A model generated the notes under the pieces. It saw nothing but the letters and a program-made list of their open reading frames with translations. It was not told the origin of the DNA and searched no databases. Position numbers and translations under genes: made by a program. Below, one piece after another: positions 31,001 to 38,554 of a stretch of DNA of 64,000 nucleotides. The stretch is from Cyanophora paradoxa CCMP329 (lineage: Eukaryota; Plantae; Glaucophyta). How positions within the stretch are numbered: position 1 is the first letter of the stretch; each line of letters begins with the position of its first letter. The stretch is from positions 1 through 64,000 of the forward strand of contig QPMI01000452.1 of the NCBI GenBank assembly GCA_004431415.1. Direction: 5' to 3'.

Positions 31001-32400
31001 ATCGGGTCGCGGAGCTCCATAATCGTATGCTCGTCCTTGCTGATATGCCCGGAAGTGGAAAGTCGACACTCGGTATTAACTGTTTCGCATCTCAAAAGTC
31101 CAATTGCTTAGTTATTTGCCCCTATAACAAACAGTGCGCAGAGCTAAGGGACTCTCTCAAAGTCCGCGGAGTCGAGAATATTACCGTTCGTACTTTGTAT
31201 AATGTTCTCGGGATCCGTGTCTCCAATGATCAGACCTACGAAGAGGCTATGAGCGAGAAAGACCAGAGGGCGTTTGTCTCCGAGTTCAGTCACATTATGT
31301 TCGACGAGATATTCGCGTATTCTGTAAAAGATCTCGCTAAGATCAAGTCGTTTATCGATCGCTATCCGGATATCAAATATTTGGCTAATGGCGATACCTA
31401 TCAGAACGAACCAATTAATGACGACCTCTCGGTTTCTGATCGCAAGGGCTACTATAAGCGTGCGGTGCAAAGCATGTTCCCGAACGTTCTGAGTCTACGC
31501 ATTAACAAGCGGCACAAGAAGGAGACAGACCGTGAATTAATTCGGGCGATTAAAGAGGATCTCTTCGAAAACGGACTCGAAGCCTCACAGATCATTTCGA
31601 AATACGGCTTACCGACAATTAATGATCTAAGCGCTATTCCCGACGGCTACTTTGGCATCGCTTACAGAAACGAAATGACCTTAGCCTATAACAAATTGAT
31701 GCACGATAGACGGAAAGTAAATATTGCAACCGTAGAGGTCAATGGCATCAAATTCTACAAAGGTCTGGAAGTCGTTTGCCGCAGGTATCTACGCATTTCG
31801 CGATCTGAGGGCGAATCTATAAACGCATACACAAATTACACCTATCGAATCACCAAAATCACAAAGCAAATGGTCACATTAACTGACGTTTTCGATGGCG
31901 TTACGTTCGAGGTTCCGTGCGCGATGTTAGAACATTTTTCTCTCCCTTATGCAGGAACAGGTCATTCAACGCAAGGTCTCACACTTGATTCGGGCATTGT
32001 CATTTGTGAGGCTACGTTCCGCTACACCACTCGCGAATGGTTCTATACCGCGCTCACTCGTAACCGCGATCTGTCCACTGTGCTGATTTATACACCGATT
32101 CACAGATTCCAAGGAAAGAGCGACTACATCGAATATCTGAAAACGAAGATCCGCGGTTATAAATGCCAGGATCAGCGTGCCGGGCGCGATTTTGACGAGG
32201 CGGATTATATTACGCCGGAGTGGATATTAGAGCGCAAGAAGCAACAGAAGGGCGCCTGTGCGATCTGTTCCCTTCCTATTCCGACTGAGCCACAAGATCC
32301 GAATTACAAGCTCGTCGTGGATCGCATAAACAACAGGCGCCCACATCTTAAAGACAATTGCCAGCTCGCCCATCATGGGTGCAATTGCAGCAAGAAATAG
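28081..32400 (+). CDS. Fusion protein: divergent PolB palm, SF1 (RecD/Pif1-like) helicase and C-terminal HNH-like Zn finger
   Basis: PolB A-like VDMAKCYPS, B-like KHILVKEIGMLGK, C-like GIRTDCLY. SF1 motifs DMPGSGKST, FDEI, GDTYQNEP, INKR, YAGTGHSTQGLT, YTALTR. HNH-like CAIC..VDRINN..PH..DNCQLAHHGCN. Confidence 0.82.
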   Translation: MPRAANRIANNVREEIIGYIMQGLSQDLLTEEQAHWAMHNTMNRKPKLQTLIDIRDTLNGIINPRVFRRAERKEKRAARTQVNIEKQKQKEQEAKRLQRFDRKQEQKRAKEAKLEAKQQRGKLKAVEDAIKRTILDPIAAYDPETLATITFKLWGPGSGARSSDMLVRPGIPELNIPDRTFVTYRNIRETVSVRVLRNFALAKIDKAYGVLIRPDQNRYYSEESDSIFYLLENYDELAMGLGTFGEAYEVFFFKTPPTAEQRKLREILVDFGSSIDDAFVTVHEIAIDGAEAAEDDDGAGAIPGNRYAFLDEELMDSMRCTAIMSKFTDYTLNPNASEFEDLIELPKSSTSNACGYDMIISTWGASIKKCQEAPKPRYTDLTMSYDGLYKFFHGRERTPGDSLALTLRHIEKFCKRIQTGFRVFDVDGKLIYKFAAESINKNIFPRNIHFMIHNKHIYIFNDNIKSLEMRMAKMEVEELDNHVPKSNSSLALYKIPTCLTHDIFAHTSKDLLKITQLKLSPDERSFIRILYTGREGLEGLLFTFLKMRYEPAVKLTPSKQIDSITFKANGSMFSIKDPRTTDHFIEQDFETEEYYNKVCEIGKGFRESLLNATNISHYSPNMREILTHYKRSALSGYFYKPNPKATYTAVDMAKCYPSILKGMQYLPKYNVFDDFVPFKAGSEILEYAIYYVRVVAFEREQATFADDEDIDYDAAMSRKIDGIEIILDRAFSVSGRCYNFMTGYTLSMHWADVKDKIEIIAVAEPSHLVPNTSISEMKKVLSSDIQNTDKKHILVKEIGMLGKFQDSQTSTKMFYNRAEAERFAQECGGTVEVFTFNPKNSKRVKALSEFEGHIYFVKISSHRELVNGFLPIHFHIYDRNRANMFAQYKRLTARGHKVAGIRTDCLYIEGSWTSKKEFDRNAFENMGKFSYIPGKRCPENALRPPRGVTLEFQDPDILINRFSLRDEFNPECFNRVAELHNRMLVLADMPGSGKSTLGINCFASQKSNCLVICPYNKQCAELRDSLKVRGVENITVRTLYNVLGIRVSNDQTYEEAMSEKDQRAFVSEFSHIMFDEIFAYSVKDLAKIKSFIDRYPDIKYLANGDTYQNEPINDDLSVSDRKGYYKRAVQSMFPNVLSLRINKRHKKETDRELIRAIKEDLFENGLEASQIISKYGLPTINDLSAIPDGYFGIAYRNEMTLAYNKLMHDRRKVNIATVEVNGIKFYKGLEVVCRRYLRISRSEGESINAYTNYTYRITKITKQMVTLTDVFDGVTFEVPCAMLEHFSLPYAGTGHSTQGLTLDSGIVICEATFRYTTREWFYTALTRNRDLSTVLIYTPIHRFQGKSDYIEYLKTKIRGYKCQDQRAGRDFDEADYITPEWILERKKQQKGACAICSLPIPTEPQDPNYKLVVDRINNRRPHLKDNCQLAHHGCNCSKK

Positions 32401-32440
32401 GGTCGGAAAAATTTGTCGGGAGTTAATTAGGGAGAGGGCA

Positions 32441-32448
32441 AAAATTGA
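32441..32448 (+). promoter_or_regulatory. AAAATTGA early promoter motif
   Basis: About 50 nt upstream of the RING ORF ATG (32500). Confidence 0.55.
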
Positions 32449-32499
32449 AAGGTTTGTTACCTCCCTCGGACATTCAAACAACCAAGTAAGTCAAGCAAA

Positions 32500-32940
32500 A
32501 TGGAACAGTTCATCGCATACTTCAAGGCAAACAAGATTGCCTATAAGGATGTCACTCACGCTTTCACTAAGGATTTCGGGACAGCTTTCGTTCAAATTTC
32601 GGCGTTGGCTATCAAGACCCCTGATATGGTGTATATTGGTAAGGTGAAAGACATTCCTCTCATGATTAGACTTGTGTGTGGTTTTCAAAGTGGTGAAATC
32701 GTAATGATTAAAAACGACAACTGGTGCTCTGACGACAGGCTGAGGGAGAACCGAGTCAAAGAATTTCTTAACGGTGGGCTTCTTGCATGTGCTGTGTGCT
32801 CTGATAATCAAACCGGCGGATTAGGCTGCCAAGTTTGCACTGCAACTGTGTGTGAAGGTTGCTGGATGAAAATGAACAAAAAAGGCGATGTCAGGTGTCC
32901 TGTGTGCCGAACCAACATTGGTGTGCCGATCATGATGTAA
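32500..32940 (+). CDS. RING-finger protein (C4C4-type)
   Basis: CAVC..CQVC..CEGCW..CPVCR. Confidence 0.8.
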   Translation: MEQFIAYFKANKIAYKDVTHAFTKDFGTAFVQISALAIKTPDMVYIGKVKDIPLMIRLVCGFQSGEIVMIKNDNWCSDDRLRENRVKEFLNGGLLACAVCSDNQTGGLGCQVCTATVCEGCWMKMNKKGDVRCPVCRTNIGVPIMM

Positions 32941-32967
32941 GAAAAATAAACATGATAAATAAAAAGA

Positions 32968-34350
32968 ATGTCGCGGATCGTTAGAAGGGGAGGAGATGAG
33001 GAAACGGAGACTACCATACTACCTATCGCGGTTCCTGAAACTGAGCAAGTCCCCCAAAAAATTACAAAACGCCAAGCAAAATCAAATTTATTAGGAGATG
33101 TTCCTTTTAGCATTGCTAACCCGTCCTCTAAGATCGTGCGACGCATGTATGACCCAAAGACAGGTTTTAAGAACCCATCGGCATTGTACGAAGAACTGAG
33201 AAAAGAGGACAAGACCCTCACACTGAAAGAAGTGCAAGATGTCGCAGCGAAACAAGAATTTATGCAGATCAACAAGAAGCCCCCCGCACCAACCCAAACA
33301 GCTTTTATTCCCATCACAGCCCCGCCGTGGTGCTATCAAGCGGATCTCATCTTTTATCTCTCATATGGCAATTATAATTCCGGCTACATTGCAGTCCTTA
33401 CTCTCATCGAGATGACGAGCCGAAAAGCATATGCCAAGAAGTTAAAGAATAAGGAGGGCGCAAGTGTTGCCGCCGCTTTTGCGGAGATGCTCACAGAGCT
33501 CCCGGCTCCGATGATTCGATTAGAGACAGATAACGGTTCGGAATTCATCGCGAAGGAGTTTCAGGAGGTCGTAAAAAATAATGGAATAGAGCACCGCTTT
33601 AAACAGGTCGGAGATCACACTTCTCTGGGAATAATGAATCGCTTTCATTTGACCTTAAAAACGATGATAAACAATTACTGTGTCGCTTATAATACAGTTC
33701 GATTCATGGACAAATTGGACGACTTCGTTTTCAATTATAATAACACCATTCACAGAACCATAGGAATGAAACCCGGGGATGTTAAGCTTTCTGATATGGA
33801 GCGGATCCGAGCGGCTATTATTTCAAGGAAGAACACAATCGTAAAGGATATATTCAGCGACTTTAAGCCGGGTCTCCACGTCCGTGTATTATTGCCGAGA
33901 TCAAAGTTTGATAAAGGAGCAACACAAAGGTATAGCCGAGAGGTCTACAAAATTGCGGGAAGGAGAGGAAACGCGATAGAGGTGCAAGATGCAGCCGGGA
34001 ACGTAATGCCGAAGCTTTTTAAGCCGCACGAATTGCAAATCATTACAGAGGTCGAGGCTGTGGTGGAACCATCAGGCAACGCAATTAAATCAGCCGAAAT
34101 AGAAGCCGCTTCGATCCGGCAGGTTCAAAAGGAAGGTATAGATGTTGCCGCAAGTGTTCCGAAAGGCGCATTATTGGAAGATCGCGCAGAAAAGACAAAG
34201 AGGGCGCTGAGAGAGCTCGCCAAATTAACGATCGCGGGAACTGAGAAGCTCTCAGAGGTAAACAGTCAGAGGTGGTATAAATCTTTCAAGAATCAGAGCG
34301 CAAGCTACACAGCCCCTACTACGCGCATTCTTCGGTCATCTCGTTCATAA
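32968..34350 (+). CDS. Retroviral-like (rve) integrase
   Basis: YQADL, ETDNGSEF, SLGIMNRFH, YNNTIHRTIGMKP, SH3-like FKPG.HVRV..FDKG. Confidence 0.93.
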   Translation: MSRIVRRGGDEETETTILPIAVPETEQVPQKITKRQAKSNLLGDVPFSIANPSSKIVRRMYDPKTGFKNPSALYEELRKEDKTLTLKEVQDVAAKQEFMQINKKPPAPTQTAFIPITAPPWCYQADLIFYLSYGNYNSGYIAVLTLIEMTSRKAYAKKLKNKEGASVAAAFAEMLTELPAPMIRLETDNGSEFIAKEFQEVVKNNGIEHRFKQVGDHTSLGIMNRFHLTLKTMINNYCVAYNTVRFMDKLDDFVFNYNNTIHRTIGMKPGDVKLSDMERIRAAIISRKNTIVKDIFSDFKPGLHVRVLLPRSKFDKGATQRYSREVYKIAGRRGNAIEVQDAAGNVMPKLFKPHELQIITEVEAVVEPSGNAIKSAEIEAASIRQVQKEGIDVAASVPKGALLEDRAEKTKRALRELAKLTIAGTEKLSEVNSQRWYKSFKNQSASYTAPTTRILRSSRS

Positions 34351-34389
34351 CAAACCCCGAAATTATTTTCTCCGGTAAATATAAAAGCG

Positions 34390-34704
34390 ATGGAGGGTGA
34401 AAAGCATTTCGTGGATATTCCGTATGATAAAAAAGACGTTGCGAAATCCCTCGGTGGAAAGTGGGATCGTGAGAATTCATGCTGGTATGTCACGAAGAAA
34501 GATCACCCCCTATGCTCTCAGTTCAAAACTCTAAGCTATGAGCAAGTGTATCAAAGAAACGTGAAGGTTTACCTCGATATTCCTTATGAATTTAAGGATC
34601 AAGCGAAGGCTGAGAGAGCCCGCTGGGATCCCGTTATGCGATGCTGGTATGTCATGGGTCTCGATCACCCGCTAATGGGCAAGTTTCCGATCAAGGAACA
34701 TTAA
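34390..34704 (+). CDS. Protein with two DUF5710-like repeats
   Basis: VDIPYDKKDVAKSLGGKWDRENSCWYV and LDIPYEFKDQAKAERARWDPVMRCWYV. Confidence 0.85.
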   Translation: MEGEKHFVDIPYDKKDVAKSLGGKWDRENSCWYVTKKDHPLCSQFKTLSYEQVYQRNVKVYLDIPYEFKDQAKAERARWDPVMRCWYVMGLDHPLMGKFPIKEH

Positions 34705-34729
34705 ATGAATATGTCGCTTTTTTCATTTT

Positions 34730-35122
34730 TTATGAAATTGGGAACCTTTGCTCAACCTGTAAGTCCCACTTTCGAACTTTCAGCCTTTCTTGTATGAGAT
34801 CGTTAATGTCCCGTGCTATACCCCTTGTCTTCGCTTCGGCATTTGACCCGCATGTAAAGATATCGATCGCTAATAGCCCCTGGTCGCTATAAGAGTGAGC
34901 TGTGGCATGCGACTCATCTAATAAAAAGCCAATCGCGAAACCGGGAGGGGAAATAGAGCCGTCGAAAATGCAGGTGTGCTGGTGCACGATGCGCATATTG
35001 CGATCTGTTATATATTGCGATAGGTTCGCTGTGATCCACTCGGCGCATGCCTCCGGGGACTCGGTGAACGGGTCGGTTATATAGTCAAGCATAACGTGGT
35101 AGCCGCGGTATTGGGAATCCAT
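34730..35122 (-). CDS. speD: S-adenosylmethionine decarboxylase proenzyme (prokaryotic class 1b type)
   Basis: Likely ATG 35122. GYHVMLD, F..PPGF..FLLDESHATAHSY..GLLAIDIFTCG, with the ES self-cleavage site. Confidence 0.92.
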   Translation of the reverse strand: MDSQYRGYHVMLDYITDPFTESPEACAEWITANLSQYITDRNMRIVHQHTCIFDGSISPPGFAIGFLLDESHATAHSYSDQGLLAIDIFTCGSNAEAKTRGIARDINDLIQERLKVRKWDLQVEQRFPIS

Positions 35123-35152
35123 TATTAAATATTTGACACATATTTTAATGAC

Positions 35153-35713
35153 CCTATGATACCTACACAGGCGTGCTGGTCTTGGCAAGACGGTCACGGC
35201 GCTATTTTTGGTTTTGCAAGGCGATGAGTTGGTGAAGAGATACAGCGATTTGTCGGTTTGCGTGGCGGTTCGTTTGTTTTTCGAGTTTTCTTCTCAATCG
35301 CTCATGTTCTTTCGTTTTTGTTCGTGTTGTTTTGTTTTTGTTTGGTTTCGTTTTTTCTAACTTTTTGGTATCCCCCCTGTCACCCCTGTCACCTTAACCG
35401 GTATCCCCCCTGTCACCCCTGTCACCTTAACCGGTATCCCCCCTGTCACCCATGAATGAAATTAAATAATTTGGTGGCGGCTTGTCGTAAAAACGTCAAG
35501 TCTTTGGCGGCTTGTCTAGGGCTTGTCTAGGGCTTGTCTAGCAAACCTGTCTAACCCTGTCTAATCCTGTCTAACCCTGTCTAGTGGCTTGTGATTGGTC
35601 GAATAACACACAAAAACACAAAATTATACTTCCATGCATTCTACATGTTTTCGGACTCGCCGCGATGTGATGACCCCGAATATGTCGGTGACGCCGGTAT
35701 ATATATGTATATG
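35153..35713. other. Non-coding module of element 2: site (35153-35244 +), 33-bp x2.5 and TGTCTA tandem repeats, diverged inverted site (~35604-35697)
   Basis: 22-nt perfect match of 35223-35244 to the reverse complement of 11679-11700; repeats at 35367-35451 and 35511-35584. Confidence 0.65.
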
Positions 35714-35827
35714 TCGTCATATGCGAAAAAAACAAAAAAAAAACAAAAACCTCAAAGTTGTGCGGGATCACACACACGGAGGTTCGGACATATATACGAA
35801 ATATATATACGACTGAGTCGTTATTTT

Positions 35828-36631
35828 TCACCAAAGTTCATAGTTAGTCATTATGATATGGTTCCTTTTTCGTTTTGTTATACCATACACTTTGCCATAC
35901 GTATGGCGAATATAGGGTTTAAATAGGAGTTTCATTAAAAGAGCATCATTTACAACCATCATAACCTTGCATTTCGCTGTCTTAAATAGGTCTTCCAAAT
36001 CCAAAAAGAAGTTTTCTAAATCGAATTCTACATTTTCGTAAAAGTCATTATTGCTGTTTACGTATGGAGGATCGAGAAATATAAAAGCCGCTTCGTCATC
36101 TCTATATTTGGCTACAATATCGCGAAAATCCCCATGGGATAGGTTGACTCCTTTTATGAAATCATCGTAAGGCATCTTCTTTTTAAGAGTTGTATATGGA
36201 CTCACCTTCACGTTTCGTTTTTTGAAATCACGGAGGGTTTTAACATTTAAAACGCTGTTTTTAAGAAGATAGAAATGGTGAGCTAAGTAATCCATTGCAT
36301 CCTTACGATCATGTTGTAGAAACTTCTTATAGACTTCTTTATGCTCTTCTATATTGCTTACTGCTTCGAACTGTTTAAGACTCTCTAAGAGTTTAACTTT
36401 ATTGTCTGGGTCTTTCATTGTATTCAAAAAAAGGGTATGGGTTTCGTCGTTATCATTCATATAATAATCAAACCGGTCTTTATGCTTTTCCCAAAGATAG
36501 AAACTACAAGCACCTGAACCACAAAACGGTTCTATAACTTTATTAATTCCTTCTAAATCGATATATTGATAGATCGTATCCATTTCATTATACTTGTTGC
36601 CGGTATATTTATGGTAAAAGTGAGTCTTCAT
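35828..36631 (-). CDS. Dam-like (D12 class) N6-adenine DNA methyltransferase
   Basis: YTGNK, IEPFCGSG, MND, FLDPPY. Confidence 0.92.
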   Translation of the reverse strand: MKTHFYHKYTGNKYNEMDTIYQYIDLEGINKVIEPFCGSGACSFYLWEKHKDRFDYYMNDNDETHTLFLNTMKDPDNKVKLLESLKQFEAVSNIEEHKEVYKKFLQHDRKDAMDYLAHHFYLLKNSVLNVKTLRDFKKRNVKVSPYTTLKKKMPYDDFIKGVNLSHGDFRDIVAKYRDDEAAFIFLDPPYVNSNNDFYENVEFDLENFFLDLEDLFKTAKCKVMMVVNDALLMKLLFKPYIRHTYGKVYGITKRKRNHIIMTNYELW

Positions 36632-36872
36632 TTATTATAGGAAGAGAAAAACAATTTATATATGTATCTCGCATGTAGTTTGCATGTATCTTGCATAGTG
36701 GGCGGGGCGCGAGTCGCGAGTGTAAACGTGGTCTATCGTCGTACTTTGTCGTAAATATGCTAATCGTACATTTCGATTCGTACATTTCGATCGAATTCGC
36801 GAGTTTGTGCAGGTGGGCATTTTCGGCAGCACAAACTTGCTTTAAAAAGAATAGATAAAGTGCAATTCGGTT

Positions 36873-37196
36873 TTAACTCTTACGAGTTTTACTATAACAC
36901 TCTCGGCATTGATAGTAGAGACCATCCTTCGTGCTTTGTTTTTTATTATACTCGCTTGCAGGCTTCTCAATCTTGCAGTGCGAGCATACCTTCGATTGTA
37001 CTTCGATCTTCGGACGCGTTTTTAACACGAAATGATAAAGGTAATTGCGATAGTCACGTTCGCAGACTTTGCATCTCCAATTCAATTGTTGATCGCCTGA
37101 GCGACTCTTTTGCAATGCATAACTCGATGCCGGTTTTACCTTATCGCAAACATTGCATTGCTTACTCTCAGGTAGAGTTACTTGATCGCTTGCCAT
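36873..37196 (-). CDS. Protein with two CxxC..CxxC zinc ribbons (HNH-associated type)
   Basis: KQCNVCDKVKPAS..CKVC and KVCSHCKIEKPASEY..DGL..QCREC. Confidence 0.7.
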   Translation of the reverse strand: MASDQVTLPESKQCNVCDKVKPASSYALQKSRSGDQQLNWRCKVCERDYRNYLYHFVLKTRPKIEVQSKVCSHCKIEKPASEYNKKQSTKDGLYYQCRECYSKTRKS

Positions 37197-37243
37197 TGTT
37201 ACAGTATATTAACGGGAAGTCTTTAAGTGGGGATCACTTGTTT

Positions 37244-37571
37244 AATTGGTGGGGCTCACCTTGATTTTTCAATTTGGCTAACTGAAAACAGTCCGGAAAC
37301 GATCGGGAACATTTCATTAAAATAGGGGTCTTACTGTCCTTACTGAGAAATTGAGGGAGGGTTTAAGGGCTTACTGAGAATGGTAAGGAATTAGAAAAAT
37401 GAAGAATGAAAGGGTTTCGTGATTGGTTTCAGTAAGGAGAGGTTAGATGTTTGAAAAATACAGTGCTAATTTATAATTTGTTACTGAGCCTTACTGAGAA
37501 ATTCGAAAATGGATAATGGGCTTACTGAGAATGGTAGTGGGAAGGTCGCGCAATTGGTGGGGTCTACCTTG
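37244..37571. repeat. Subterminal repeats of element 2 (CTTACTGAG iterons; AATTGGTGGGG..ACCTTG direct repeat at both ends)
   Basis: Six (C)TTACTG copies plus one inverted copy (TCAGTAAGG at 37429); direct repeat 37244-37263 / 37552-37571. Confidence 0.7.
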
Positions 37572-37729
37572 GAGCGAGCAAGACATGTACATGTGGTTGC
37601 TTATAATTAGTCAATGCGTGAAAGGAGGCGGCGAGGAACGTGCTAAACGAGCTCGAGGCGCGTGTTTTAATTCAGCGCGCGTTTATGACGGGCGGGAGAC
37701 GCCGATATCGACGCGTGGCGCGGGCGGAC

Positions 37730-38016
37730 CCGTCGCAGAGGTTGATGTAGAGGTCGTAGTGCTCGCGGGAGGCGTCGACGATCTGCTGCACGGCCTGCGC
37801 CTTGCGGATCCAGAGCGTCGTGAACGTGTGCTCGCTCGGCCCGTACAGCGGCCCGGGGTTGCAGTCGAAGCTGTCCACGTCCTGCGATCGCGGGGGGCGT
37901 GGGCCGGGCCGGGACACCCAGATAAGGAGATGACGTTTGCAGGGGCTAAGCGGCGCACGCACCCGGAAGCAGGAGACGCTCCCCTCGTAACTACTTTGAA
38001 GGACTGCGATCTTCAT
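37730..38016 (-). CDS. Host gene, first two exons: D-Ala-D-Ala ligase-like ATP-grasp protein N-terminus
   Basis: MKIAVLQSSYEGS..(intron)..DVDSFDCNP..HTF...IRKAQAVQQ..YDLYINLCDG, then a GT donor at 37729; no downstream exon seen before the viral DNA. Confidence 0.6.
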
Positions 38017-38554
38017 TGCTAAGAATCTCTCGATTACGCGAAGACGCTGCCGGGCTGCGGGCTGGCTGGAGCGTGGCCGGGACGCCGACGTATACGTAGC
38101 TATAGCTGCGCATGCAGGCTGCAGCTGCAATTGCAAAATTAAAGGCTCCGCGCGCTGGCTGCGATCCCCGCGGCGCTGAGCTGGCAATGCTAGAACTCAG
38201 CTTCCCGAGCACCTGGGAATCTAGGCTGGGAGGCCGAGACGCTCACTGGCCCGCCGGCTGGGTAAGCGGCACACGTCAGTTAAACGGTTTCACCAGGGGA
38301 GGGCAGCTAATACCAGTTATGCGACTGCTGGAACGCTTTCTGAAGGCTCTGGACGCCACGTCCGGCGGCGCTGACGACACACGTGCACGGCCAGCGGTTT
38401 CTGGTTTCGGGTATAGAGTTAAGTCGTGTGGGGTACGCAGCAGCATCCTCGAACTTGTCATTCGCCGGCCGCACAGTCGCCGGGTGTTGCTCCGGCATTG
38501 CGGAAACTCGCTGCCTGCTACCCTGGGCCGGGTCCCTAGCCGCACGCCGCAGCC

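Larger units (their letters stand above)
12613..37571. mobile_element. Endogenous Polinton-like virus, element 2 (left arm apparently displaced; contains a nested retrotransposon)
   Basis: MCP, two mCPs, packaging ATPase, rve integrase, lipase, methylase; intronless. Switch to GC-rich, intron-rich host DNA at ~37.6 kb; exact right end uncertain. Confidence 0.88.

Noticed and set aside
11041-35830. The two non-coding modules as terminal inverted repeats of a single 25-kb element
   Set aside because: They are far too diverged for TIRs, viral genes continue beyond 35830, and 11836-12280 links to element 1.
12613-37571. Classification as a canonical mavirus-type virophage or Maverick
   Set aside because: No maturation cysteine protease is visible and the MCP is short (~437 aa). 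The left arm is missing, so the call stays PLV-like pending an MCP HMM search.
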